From: an uncultured Candidatus Saccharibacteria bacterium | Lineage (GTDB): Bacteria > Patescibacteriota > Minisyncoccia > UBA6257 > 2-01-FULL-56-20 | Direction: 5' to 3' | DNA: 60,134 nt | Assembly (NCBI GenBank): GCA_964505005.1 | Contig: CAZDFQ010000005.1 | Coordinates: 1-60,134, forward strand | In this document: in pieces, positions 39,993 to 49,546 of the stretch | Position numbering within the stretch: position 1 is the first letter of the stretch | How the letters are laid out: the number at the start of each line of letters is the position of its first letter | Position numbers and translations under genes: made by a program | Notes under the pieces: generated by a model | What the model was told of the DNA's origin: nothing | The model's input: the letters and a program-made list of their open reading frames with translations, nothing else | The model's database searches: none

Positions 39993-40648
39993 AGGCATCC
40001 GAAAGCGCTTGTCAAATGCGCCCACCCGAATTCGTGTAACTTTCGTGTAACTATTGTGTAACCATTTAATTCTTTACTTCGTTATAAGTTATGCCAAGCC
40101 GTTAGATGCTGTGAATTGGAAGTTATCCACAGATTTTTTATTCCGGCTTTGCTATAATATAGTTCGTCCTCCAAAATTTTGTAATTTTGTTAGCCAAAAT
40201 TTAGGAGGATAAAGGTTCAGAGTGAGGCTGAACCAAGGAGTAATCGCCAATACCGCGAATTTTAAGCAAATAATGCGAATTCGCGTTATTGAATTCAGAT
40301 TCGTGTTATTCGCGAATACTCCATTGGCCTCGCTTTGAATCAAGCGAGTTTTTTATTGAATAATGCGAATACGCGAATCTTATGCGAATGATGCGAAATA
40401 TTAAATTTAAATAATGATATCAACACCCGGTTTTTCATTTTTCTGCCACTAATCCTCCCGCCATCCTCACTGGTGGCGAGGCTCGCCCCGAAAGGCGGCA
40501 CTTAGATTGGCGGTGGGTCGAAGTGGAGAATCGCGGTTGTCCGGAAATTTAAAGGTCGTGCGGTCCTATGGGCCTATAAGACCAATAAGTCCTATAAGTC
40601 CAATAGGTCCTATAAGTTAAAATAAAAAAGTCGAAAAATAAAAAATAA

Positions 40649-43600
40649 ATGAGTACAAGTAAAAAAATTGCATCGATTGCGCTTTCTGTCACCACCGGAG
40701 TGTGGATGTCGGGAGCGCTTTTTTTGCTTCCAGTAGCTCAAGCCCAGAATGCTTCTGGCATTCAGGCGCAGATTAACGCTTTGCTCACCCAGATTCAGCA
40801 GCTCCAGGCCCAGCTCCAAACAGCTCAGGGCGGAGCCGCTGCTTGCAGTTTCACCCGCTCCCTCACAGTGGGTTCAACTGGAAATGATGTGAAATGTCTG
40901 CAGCAGTACCTTAACGGCGCTGGCTACAAAGTGGCTGCCAGCGGCGCTGGTTCGCCCGGCAATGAGACAACCTATTTTGGTCCGGCGACCAAAGCCGCAG
41001 TTCAAAAATGGCAGGCCGCTAGCGGCGTTACTAATAGTGGCTACTTTGGTCCGCTTTCCCGGGCCAAGTACACCTCATTGGCTGGCGGAGCGGCCCCGAC
41101 AACCGGCGGCGCGCCAACCACCGGCGGAACGCCACAGCTTCCTGCTCCGGCTTCCGGCCTGGCAGTTAGCTTGGCTTCAGACAATCCACCGGCTGGTTCC
41201 CTGGTGGCTGGCTCAGGCCGAAATCGGGTCTTGAGAGTCAGCTTGACTGCCGGTAATGCTTCCGGGGTCACCGTTTCTGACATTAAGTTCAGAAAGACCG
41301 GCGTTGTTTCGGACAGCCAGATTACCGGCGCCTACTTGACGGAATCAGGCCAGGTGATTGCGCAGTATCAGTCGCTTTCCAACGGCGTGATTGATATTCC
41401 GGTGAACTTGTCAATCGCCGCAGGTCAAACAAGAACCTTCGGATTGTCGATTGACATTTCCACCGGCGCGTCTGCCGGCAACACGATCAGCTTCCAGCTT
41501 GCTTCAGTAAATGACATTACGTCTACTGACGCGAGCGGCAACGCGGTCGCCGAAGCCGGCCTTTTCCCGATTAACGGCAATACCTTTACGGTAACCAAGG
41601 TTTCCAGTCCTGACCTCGCCAGTTTGAGCGTGGCTTCGAGCTCAATCGGGAGCTCGGTTAATGCCGGCACCCAAGCGGTCATTGTCGGCGCTTGGAATCT
41701 TACGGCTACAAACAGCAAAGTTTGGCTGCAGAATATCAAGTTCACGGTCGTCGGTTCGGCGAATCCGGCCGATATTCGGAACATAAAGCTGCTCGTCAAC
41801 GGCACGCAATACGGCAGCGCTTTAGCCGCCTTGCCTCCGTCGAATATCGCCTACTTTGACTTGTCGTCCAACCCGGCGCAAATCAACACCGGCTCGAACA
41901 ATGTCCAGCTTTATGCTGATGTGATGGGCTCGCCGAACAAGGATTTCCAGTTTGAAATTCTCAATTCCTTTGACATTTACGCCCTGGACTCTCAGTACAA
42001 TGTCTCAATTACTGGCGCAGCCAGTGTCGGAACGAAGGTATCCATCAATACCGGCACGATTACGGTCAGCGCCGATTCAGGGACGCCGACCGGCAATGTT
42101 GCCAAAGGACAGACCGGCGTAACGCTCGCCAAGTTTGATATTTACGCTGCTGGCGAAGCGGTGCGGGTCAAATTCATCGGCTTTAGTCTCGCCTTGACAG
42201 GCGTGGTGACAAGCACTTCAGCGTCAACACTCTCGAGTTTCGTCAAGAACGTGGCGCTGACTGATGATGCCGGCGGCCAGGTTGGGACAACGATTAACAC
42301 GCCGCCCACCGCCACTTCGTGCGACGCCGGTTCAGGTTCGATAAGCGGCTGGGCAACAAACACCTTTGCCGGACAAGGCACGTTTAGCGGCTCTTCTGCT
42401 GCTACCTACGTGGATTGTTTCGGTACAGGCAGTTCGAACATAAACTACACCGTGCCGGCAAACACCACGAGAGTGCTCTCGCTTAAAGCAGACCTCCAGT
42501 CGCCATCAAGTCCGGCGACATTCGGCACAATCACAGCTGCTCTTATCGCCGAGACCTCAAACTTGCAGGGCTTGGTTTCCAGCCAGACCAACTCCAGCGG
42601 CGCGGCATCAGGTAGCTCTCTGACCCTTGCCGCGAGCTCGCTGACGGTTGCCCAGAACAGCGCGCTTGGCACGCAAAATGTCGGCCGGGGCGCGAGCAAC
42701 GTAAAAATCGGTTCCTACGCGCTTACGGCTTCCTCGGCTGAAGGCGTGAATATCTCGAACATCACGATTCAGAGCGCGACAACTTCAACCTCGCCGTATC
42801 CGTTGCAGAACCTGAAAGTCAAAGTCGGCAGCACGCAGTTCGGCACAACCCAGCCGACGCTTTCTTCCGGCGGCTCCTACTCGTTCTCCGGAACGCCAAT
42901 TGCGATTCCTATCGGCAGCACGGTTTATCTTGATGTCTACGCCGATATTCTGTCTTCGGCAACAGCCGGAACCTACGCGACATCCACCACGCTTTCGGGC
43001 TGTTCAGCTTCGGGCGCGACTTCGCTCGCGGCCGTCAGCTGCACTCCAACCGGCGGTCAGAATTTGAGCGTGGCGGGTCAGGCGTCGGTTACCGTCACGG
43101 CTGACACCAGCCAGCCCGCTTCCGGACAAATCGTCATGGGCTCAAGCCAGGCCGGCTTAGCGTCATTCCGATTCACTGAAACCTCGAACATTGAGCCGGT
43201 CAAAATCACGATTTTGACCGTGGTTGACCAGGTTTCTTCAACCACCGCGACTAAAGCCGCGTTCTCCAATCTGAACCTCTACAACTCGGCTGGCAGCGTG
43301 GTTGGCACCGCTGGCGCGGCCAGCGCGTCGGGCACCAATATGTACGCCTACACCTTCAACTTCGCCACTCCGATTGTGGTTCCGCAGGCGAACTCGGTGA
43401 CTTATGCCCTGAAAGGCGATGCCGCTTCCTACAGCTCCTCGGGCGCGACCGACAACACCACCCACGTGTTAAAGGTGGCCAATGCTGCCGCGGCAACGGC
43501 TTTTGGCAACACTTCCAATGCCACCAGTTCGGTTACCATCAGCTCGGCTAACGGCAACACGATGACAGTGTTGCGGACAGCCCTGTCTCCTTCAGCAGCC

Positions 43601-44116
43601 GCCATCAACGGTGGCACTCGCTCCGGCAGAAGCTCGCAGGATAACCTCGGCACGCTCACTTTCTCGGCGAACAGCGCCGGCGCCGCGGCCATCAACACGG
43701 TAACCATTACCTTCAGCGGCAATGGTCCGTCGAACACCACCTTCTTGGACGGCGTGACGCTTCTTGACGCCAACGGCAACAACGTTACATTGACGAGCGG
43801 TGTAGCTGTGGCTACTTCTTCTGTGCCCTGCAGTAGCACGACTACCTGTATCAAGAGCTGGAACTTCGGCGCTGGCATCAACAGCGCGTTTGCGGTTAGC
43901 GGCGGCTCATCTTACGCCTTCACATTGAGGGTGGATGACACCAAGGCCTATGGCCCGGTTTCGAACACCTCGATCGGTATTACGGCCGCGATCAATAACG
44001 CGACGGATGTCACCTACACCGATGGTTTGGATAGCGCTGCCACAACTGGCCTCAGCTTCCCGACCAATGTCGTGCCGCTCCAGATCAACTCCGTGGCCTT
44101 CCCGGTTGGCGGATAG
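40649..44116 (+). CDS. large secreted S-layer-like protein with peptidoglycan-binding domain
   Basis: signal peptide, FTRSLTVGSTGNDVKCLQ...YFGPATKAAV, S/T/A/G-rich beta repeats, downstream terminator. Confidence 0.85.
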   Translation: MSTSKKIASIALSVTTGVWMSGALFLLPVAQAQNASGIQAQINALLTQIQQLQAQLQTAQGGAAACSFTRSLTVGSTGNDVKCLQQYLNGAGYKVAASGAGSPGNETTYFGPATKAAVQKWQAASGVTNSGYFGPLSRAKYTSLAGGAAPTTGGAPTTGGTPQLPAPASGLAVSLASDNPPAGSLVAGSGRNRVLRVSLTAGNASGVTVSDIKFRKTGVVSDSQITGAYLTESGQVIAQYQSLSNGVIDIPVNLSIAAGQTRTFGLSIDISTGASAGNTISFQLASVNDITSTDASGNAVAEAGLFPINGNTFTVTKVSSPDLASLSVASSSIGSSVNAGTQAVIVGAWNLTATNSKVWLQNIKFTVVGSANPADIRNIKLLVNGTQYGSALAALPPSNIAYFDLSSNPAQINTGSNNVQLYADVMGSPNKDFQFEILNSFDIYALDSQYNVSITGAASVGTKVSINTGTITVSADSGTPTGNVAKGQTGVTLAKFDIYAAGEAVRVKFIGFSLALTGVVTSTSASTLSSFVKNVALTDDAGGQVGTTINTPPTATSCDAGSGSISGWATNTFAGQGTFSGSSAATYVDCFGTGSSNINYTVPANTTRVLSLKADLQSPSSPATFGTITAALIAETSNLQGLVSSQTNSSGAASGSSLTLAASSLTVAQNSALGTQNVGRGASNVKIGSYALTASSAEGVNISNITIQSATTSTSPYPLQNLKVKVGSTQFGTTQPTLSSGGSYSFSGTPIAIPIGSTVYLDVYADILSSATAGTYATSTTLSGCSASGATSLAAVSCTPTGGQNLSVAGQASVTVTADTSQPASGQIVMGSSQAGLASFRFTETSNIEPVKITILTVVDQVSSTTATKAAFSNLNLYNSAGSVVGTAGAASASGTNMYAYTFNFATPIVVPQANSVTYALKGDAASYSSSGATDNTTHVLKVANAAAATAFGNTSNATSSVTISSANGNTMTVLRTALSPSAAAINGGTRSGRSSQDNLGTLTFSANSAGAAAINTVTITFSGNGPSNTTFLDGVTLLDANGNNVTLTSGVAVATSSVPCSSTTTCIKSWNFGAGINSAFAVSGGSSYAFTLRVDDTKAYGPVSNTSIGITAAINNATDVTYTDGLDSAATTGLSFPTNVVPLQINSVAFPVGG

Positions 44117-44180
44117 AGTCCCTGAGATTTCTGAGTTGATACCGGTTAGCGGTTGCTTAACCGCTTGAACCGGAGACTAA

Positions 44181-44216
44181 ACGCAAGCCCCCATCTTTAT
44201 GGTGGGGGCTTTGCGT
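44181..44216 (+). terminator. GC hairpin after the surface-protein gene
   Basis: ACGCAAGCCCCCATC...GGTGGGGGCTTTGCGT. Confidence 0.6.
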
Positions 44217-44271
44217 TCGCTGATTTATGCTGATAAAGCTGATAAATGCTGATATAATTATAATTAGGTAG

Positions 44272-44676
44272 ATGGCTAAAAAACGAGTGGAAGATTTTTT
44301 GTACGAGAAAGAGTCATACGGAATAAGGGGTGCCTGTTTTGATGTTTATAATAATCTTGGAGGCGGAATTAAAGAAAAAATAATTGAGCGGGCCCTGCTT
44401 AGCGAATTTAAAAAACGCCAGTTAGAAGTTAAAAGTCAAGTTAGAATAAAAATTTTTTATAATAGCGAACATATTGGCATTTACATCCCAGATTTTGTTG
44501 TGAACAATAAAATCATAATTGAGTTGAAATCGAAACCCTTTATAACAAAGATGGACGGAAGACAATTCTGAGGCTATCTTAAAGGTTCACATTATAAATT
44601 GGGACTTCTGATAAACTTCGGCCCACAAAAATTGACCATTAAACGATTTGTCCACACTTTAGAAACATCAGCATAA
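44272..44676 (+). pseudogene. GxxExxY (PD-(D/E)XK-like) protein with in-frame TGA at 44569-44571
   Basis: YNNLGGGIKEK, PDFVV..KIIIELK; reading through TGA gives GYLKGSHYKLGLLINFG...KRF. Confidence 0.85.
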
Positions 44677-44724
44677 ATCAGCCAAAATCAGCATGAATCA
44701 GCGTTAAATAAATTTGTTTTAACT

Positions 44725-47187
44725 GTGAGTCAGAAATTTCTTCTCAAGACAATAATATTCCTGATATTCGTGGCAGTGGTTGGCACGCCGCTTTTTTACG
44801 GCGGCTTGCCGCGGATTTTTAACTTTCAATACATCGCCCAGCAGGTTTACCCCTACACTTTTTCCAAAGAACTTTTTTTTCAGGCCGTTGTTGAGCTGAT
44901 TTTCGGATTTTGGCTGGCGCTGGTAATTATTGAGCCGCGCTTCCGGCCGAAGCTGACGCCGGCAATGAAAGCGCTTTTAATTTTTCTTGCCGTTCTTACT
45001 CTCGCTGCTTTCCTCGGCTTAGACCCCTGGCGGAGCTTCTGGTCAACCTATGAAAGGGGAATCGGCGTGATTGCCATTTATCATTTGGCCGCTCTCGGCT
45101 TGGTTTTAAGTTCGCTTTGGCAGGAGATTCCCTGGCGGAAACTCTTCTTGGCTTCGCTTTGGACATCGGTTATCGTCAGCCTTTTAGCTTGGCTGCAATC
45201 AGGCATCCCTAATCTTCTTCTCATTGAAGAGAAAGCGGCTAGGGGAGCCGGTTTTTTCCGGCCGGGCTCGACCCTCGGCAATCCGACTTTTCTGGACGGC
45301 TATCTGATTTTCAACATTTTTATAGCGGTATATCTTTTGCTGGATGAATTACGCGATGCGAAACTGCCTGCCCGACTTCGCATGGACGAGGTCCAGGCGG
45401 GCGGGCGAATACATGCGAATGTCGCGAATAACTATCCGCATAAATCCGGCGAAATCCGCATAAATCCGCGTTCTACATTATTAATCAGCGCCTTCCTCTT
45501 TCTGTCGGTTATTCTCAATGTAGTTACAATTTTTCTTTCTCAAACCCGCGGCGATATCTTGGCGATTAGCGCCGGTTTCCTGGTTTTGCTGATTTTGTTT
45601 TCTTTGAAACCGCCGGAGCTGCGCTTCAGTTTTTTAAAGGCCCGGAGGATTTACGCCGCTGTTTTTTTGACGGTTGTAATTTTCGGTCTGGGATTTTGGT
45701 TCACCCGCCGGTCCCCCTTCTGGAGCCGTCTGCCTGGCTTGAACCGCTTCCAAGAAGTTTCTTTTGGTGGTAGCGATTTACTGCCTCGGCTGATTGCTCT
45801 CCAAACTGCCTGGAAAGGCTTTTTGGAAAGGCCGGTGCTCGGCTGGGGCCCGGAAAATTTCAACCTTGTTTTTAACAAATATTACGACCCGCGGGCTTTA
45901 ACCGTCAGTTATCAGGAAACCCGTTTTGATAAGCCGCACAATTTTGTTTTTGAATATTTGATTTGGGGCGGCCTGCTTTTAGCTTCGGCTTATTTTACTT
46001 TTTTAGCTATAACGTTTTGGCAGGCCTGGCGCTTCAATCGACTTTTTGGCGATGTCATGTTAGCTGGTTTTGCTACCTATTTCGTCGCTAATTTTTTTGT
46101 TTTTGAAACCATTGGTCCGCTGTTGATGCTTTATCTGATTTTTGGATATAGTGATGGCGCGTATAGGACTAGAGACAAGAGACAAGTTTATCAGCATCAA
46201 TCAGCTGAAACGTCGAAGCAGATGCTGCGCATCGCTCCGGGGCGGGTCGGCATAAATCAGCATAAATCAGCGTTGAACTTGAGGAAGTATTTTGCTTTTG
46301 CTGCTATTGTTGTCGCAATTATTCTGGCTTACTTTTTGAACTTCCAAACCTTTTTAGCTTCCTATTACCACTACTGGGCCTTTCAGTATATGGGCAATGG
46401 TCGTTTTAGCGACGGCATCGAATATTTTAAAAAAGCCATAAACATTTGGACGCCTTACCGTTGGAACTTTGAACGTGATTACGCTATGGCTGTTGTTGAG
46501 GCCTACTTTTATAATCCCGGCGCCATTTCTTCTCAACAAGCCGAAGACGCTCTTCAAGCCATGGAAAACGCCAGAGACGCCCATCCCTTGGACGCTTACA
46601 ATCACTACGCTTTAGTTGATCTTTATAACGAAATTTCTGACCTTAATCTCCCCAAATACACTGCCTTGGCTGAAAAAGAAGCGAAAATCGCTTTGGAACT
46701 TTCTCCTGACCGGCAGGAGGTTTATTTTTCGCTGGCCAAAACAAAAACCTTAAAGAAAGATTATCCGGCCGCCTTGGATTTACTTAAATACACCCTCTCG
46801 CTCGACCCCAAAGTGGCCGACGCTCATTTTTACTACGGCTTAGTTGCTTATGCGGCCGGAGACAATATTACGGGGTATAATGAAATCAAAGAATCCCTGC
46901 GGCTCGGTCGCCAATGGAAAAACGCCAATGAACCTCGAGTGGTGGCTAATTTTTTTGCCGATTCCGGTCATCTGGACGAAGCCATTGATTTATACCAGAA
47001 GTCATTGGAACTGGAACCGCAGAATCCGGAGACGATGATTAAGCTCGGCATCGCTTATTTCTTGGCTGGCAACCGCGACTTGGCAAAAAAATACATCAGC
47101 GAGGTGACAGTCAAATATAATTTAAGGGGAAATCCGTCCTTTGACCAAGTTAAGCCGATTTTGGACTCCTTGGGAATAAAATATTGA
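44725..47187 (+). CDS. O-antigen ligase (Wzy_C/PglL-like) with C-terminal TPRs
   Basis: STLGNP, SQTRG, GWGPENF, FDKPHN; TPR helices. Confidence 0.88.
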   Translation: MSQKFLLKTIIFLIFVAVVGTPLFYGGLPRIFNFQYIAQQVYPYTFSKELFFQAVVELIFGFWLALVIIEPRFRPKLTPAMKALLIFLAVLTLAAFLGLDPWRSFWSTYERGIGVIAIYHLAALGLVLSSLWQEIPWRKLFLASLWTSVIVSLLAWLQSGIPNLLLIEEKAARGAGFFRPGSTLGNPTFLDGYLIFNIFIAVYLLLDELRDAKLPARLRMDEVQAGGRIHANVANNYPHKSGEIRINPRSTLLISAFLFLSVILNVVTIFLSQTRGDILAISAGFLVLLILFSLKPPELRFSFLKARRIYAAVFLTVVIFGLGFWFTRRSPFWSRLPGLNRFQEVSFGGSDLLPRLIALQTAWKGFLERPVLGWGPENFNLVFNKYYDPRALTVSYQETRFDKPHNFVFEYLIWGGLLLASAYFTFLAITFWQAWRFNRLFGDVMLAGFATYFVANFFVFETIGPLLMLYLIFGYSDGAYRTRDKRQVYQHQSAETSKQMLRIAPGRVGINQHKSALNLRKYFAFAAIVVAIILAYFLNFQTFLASYYHYWAFQYMGNGRFSDGIEYFKKAINIWTPYRWNFERDYAMAVVEAYFYNPGAISSQQAEDALQAMENARDAHPLDAYNHYALVDLYNEISDLNLPKYTALAEKEAKIALELSPDRQEVYFSLAKTKTLKKDYPAALDLLKYTLSLDPKVADAHFYYGLVAYAAGDNITGYNEIKESLRLGRQWKNANEPRVVANFFADSGHLDEAIDLYQKSLELEPQNPETMIKLGIAYFLAGNRDLAKKYISEVTVKYNLRGNPSFDQVKPILDSLGIKY

Positions 47188-47196
47188 CAGGATTCA

Positions 47197-47331
47197 CCAG
47201 GTAGTGAAAGTTCGACTGCTCCGCGGTCGAGAAAGGCAGCAGCTGATTGAATCTATCTGGGGGAGTACGGTAGGAAATATCTCCAGTCAAAGATCCACTC
47301 TAAAATCTAAAGTCGAATTTCTACTGCCTGG
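47197..47331. mobile_element. MITE-like element, same family as 17649-17791
   Basis: CCAGGTAGTGAAAGTTCGAC...GTCGAATTTCTACTGCCTGG. Confidence 0.65.
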
Positions 47332-47368
47332 TTTGCTTTTGATATTGATTTTGCTATACTTATAGCAA

Positions 47369-47503
47369 GCCCCGTAGGAAATAGCGAGAAAATTTAAGTA
47401 TTTTTGAGCTAAAATCAAGTCATCTAAACATGACCTGAAATTAGCTCTTAACGTCACAGGCCATTCCAGGCCTCAACGGAAAATACTTTATTTCCTACGG
47501 GGC
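47369..47503. mobile_element. MITE-like element with GCCCCGTAGGAAATA inverted termini
   Basis: 15-bp perfect TIR; CAAG on both sides. Confidence 0.65.
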
Positions 47504-47637
47504 AAGCAAGTCTCCAAAGGTCGGCATTAAAAATGAGCTTTTAGGTTATGACTCCCAGCTTTCAGTTAATCCTTTTTATTCCCGTTGCTCGAAATTTACT
47601 AAAAGCTAATACCTAACAGCTAAAAGCTAAATAGAAT

Positions 47638-47913
47638 ATGACCAAAGAAGGTTTGGTGGAAGCAGTATTGAAAGCCGCGGACCTTGAATCCAAGGCCCAG
47701 GCGCACCGGCTGGTTGAGGCCGTTTTCGACACTATTGTAAAGACTATGGGTCGGGGAGAGGATGTGGCAGTTACCGGTTTCGGCACCTTCCGCGTTGCCA
47801 AGCGGGCAGCCCGGCAGGGACGGAACCCCAAAACCGGCGAAACCATCCAGATTCCGGCGTCAGTCAAACCAAAATTCCGCGCCGGCAAAGTTCTGAAAGA
47901 AGCCGTCAAATAG
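47638..47913 (+). CDS. hup: HU DNA-binding protein
   Basis: GFGTF...RQGRNPKTGE...KPKFRAGKVLKE. Confidence 0.95.
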   Translation: MTKEGLVEAVLKAADLESKAQAHRLVEAVFDTIVKTMGRGEDVAVTGFGTFRVAKRAARQGRNPKTGETIQIPASVKPKFRAGKVLKEAVK

Positions 47914-48223
47914 GAAATCGGTAATTCTCTGCAGGGCTCTCTCACGGAATCGCTGTTGGTTTGCTCTCCTTCGACGGTGAGCCGCTCAGGACGGTCGAAC
48001 CGCAGCGGCAAACCCCAGCTTGCTCTCGGTGCCGAAACCAAGCACATAAGGTCTTATGTGCTTGGACTAATCTTTCGGCGCCTCCGAGACATTCCGTTCA
48101 AGAGCCCTGCGGAGAACCTCTTTGAAGTTAAGATAAAAATTATCTCCCGCGTTTAGCCCCGTTAGAGAAAAGTCGCTGTAAGCGACTGAAGATGCGCCGA
48201 TAGCGCGAGGTTCTCTAATGGAG

Positions 48224-49042
48224 TCAGCGGGAGATAATTTTTTGTGTTTCGTCTTGGATGTCAAAAAAGTTTTGATAAACATTCTTCAAATATTCCAGTG
48301 ATGACTTCATAAGTATCGGCAAATAGTCGGGCTGGCCCAATCTTTTAAATACATTTTCGGCTTGATTGTTGTATTCTTTAGCTTGACGGAAATTATTTTC
48401 TGCATCTTTAAGAGAGGTTCTGATAGTTTCATAGTCGGTTAACTTAAGCGCCCGGACGGTTATTTCCATTTGGTTCAATCGGTTTTCGGTTGTCTGGACG
48501 AGTTCTTGATTTTTGGAAAAAATTTCGAAATTGGCTCCGAGGCCGGCTAACGGTGTATAGTTTGAAGCCCGCCAATCTTTCAAATTTATAGCGAACCTTT
48601 TGCTTCCCTCAACGCCTAAATTATTGACGAGAGTTTTTTGATAAGAGTAATAATTGATGATTTCGTCGAATTTCGAAACCAGCCGGTTTTGAATATCTTT
48701 TATTTCCGGAATATTAATTGAGAGAGATTTTATATTAGATTGTAATTTGGCGGCATCATTGATAGCGCAGTCGATTATCTGATTAAGAAGATTTCTTCGG
48801 ATGGCTAATTCAGTTTGGATATCGGACGACGAATTCGTTTCGGCTGACGACAATTGTTTAAGGTCACTCTGAAATTCACAAACATTAGCGGCGACTGTCT
48901 TGACTGGGGAATGGAAAAACAAAACCAGCGCTGCTAATACGGCGAACAGCGCCATTGACGGGAGAATGTTTCTCAAAAAATTATTCACCTTGAGAAGATT
49001 TATAAAAAGACGCTCCTCCGTATCGTCCTTAAGTAGAATCAA
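48224..49042 (-). CDS. secreted or membrane-anchored helical hypothetical protein (start uncertain)
   Basis: TM/signal segment plus helical body. Confidence 0.7.
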   Translation of the reverse strand: MILLKDDTEERLFINLLKVNNFLRNILPSMALFAVLAALVLFFHSPVKTVAANVCEFQSDLKQLSSAETNSSSDIQTELAIRRNLLNQIIDCAINDAAKLQSNIKSLSINIPEIKDIQNRLVSKFDEIINYYSYQKTLVNNLGVEGSKRFAINLKDWRASNYTPLAGLGANFEIFSKNQELVQTTENRLNQMEITVRALKLTDYETIRTSLKDAENNFRQAKEYNNQAENVFKRLGQPDYLPILMKSSLEYLKNVYQNFFDIQDETQKIISR

Positions 49043-49057
49043 AAAAGTTTCTACCCG

Positions 49058-49537
49058 CTATTGCGAAAGCTTATCAAGAGCTTCGTCGATTAAGACACTG
49101 GTCGAAGTGCTCGACACCGGCAAATTTTCCGTCTGTTTGGCCGCTCGCGGGGATTTAGCTGTTTGCCGGGGCAACAGATTACTCAGGGGTATGGTACTGG
49201 TTTCGTTTAGAAGCCCGCTTTCCTGATAGGCAATGTTTGTCAGCTGAATCTGGATGCCGATGGCTTCGGCTTCAGCTCTGAGACCAGCCACATCAATGCC
49301 AACCGGATTGGTGGCGGAGAAAAATTTCCACACCGAAAATCCTCCTAAAACAAGGACTAAGAGCACGGCCGTTAAAGCAATGGCTGAGCCAGATTGAAGG
49401 ATACTTACCAACGTCTCTTTGAACAAAAACCAGGACCGCGCCTTGCCGTGGCTGAGAATTATTTTTCTAGACCTCAACGTATAACCAGCTTCCGGTTCAA
49501 GTTTTTTAAATTTTTTTAATGTTTCCAATAAATCCAT
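49058..49537 (-). CDS. single-TM protein, putative anti-sigma factor
   Basis: directly downstream of the ECF sigma gene; one TM helix. Confidence 0.6.
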   Translation of the reverse strand: MDLLETLKKFKKLEPEAGYTLRSRKIILSHGKARSWFLFKETLVSILQSGSAIALTAVLLVLVLGGFSVWKFFSATNPVGIDVAGLRAEAEAIGIQIQLTNIAYQESGLLNETSTIPLSNLLPRQTAKSPRAAKQTENLPVSSTSTSVLIDEALDKLSQ

Positions 49538-49546
49538 CTTATTGTG

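Noticed and set aside
40123-40131. oriC from TTATCCACA boxes (another at 54829-54837)
   Set aside because: Isolated single boxes with no cluster and no dnaA nearby
44569-44571. TGA recoding (code 4 or 25, or selenocysteine)
   Set aside because: tyrS, galU, ftsK and others end at TGA where expected; only one internal case
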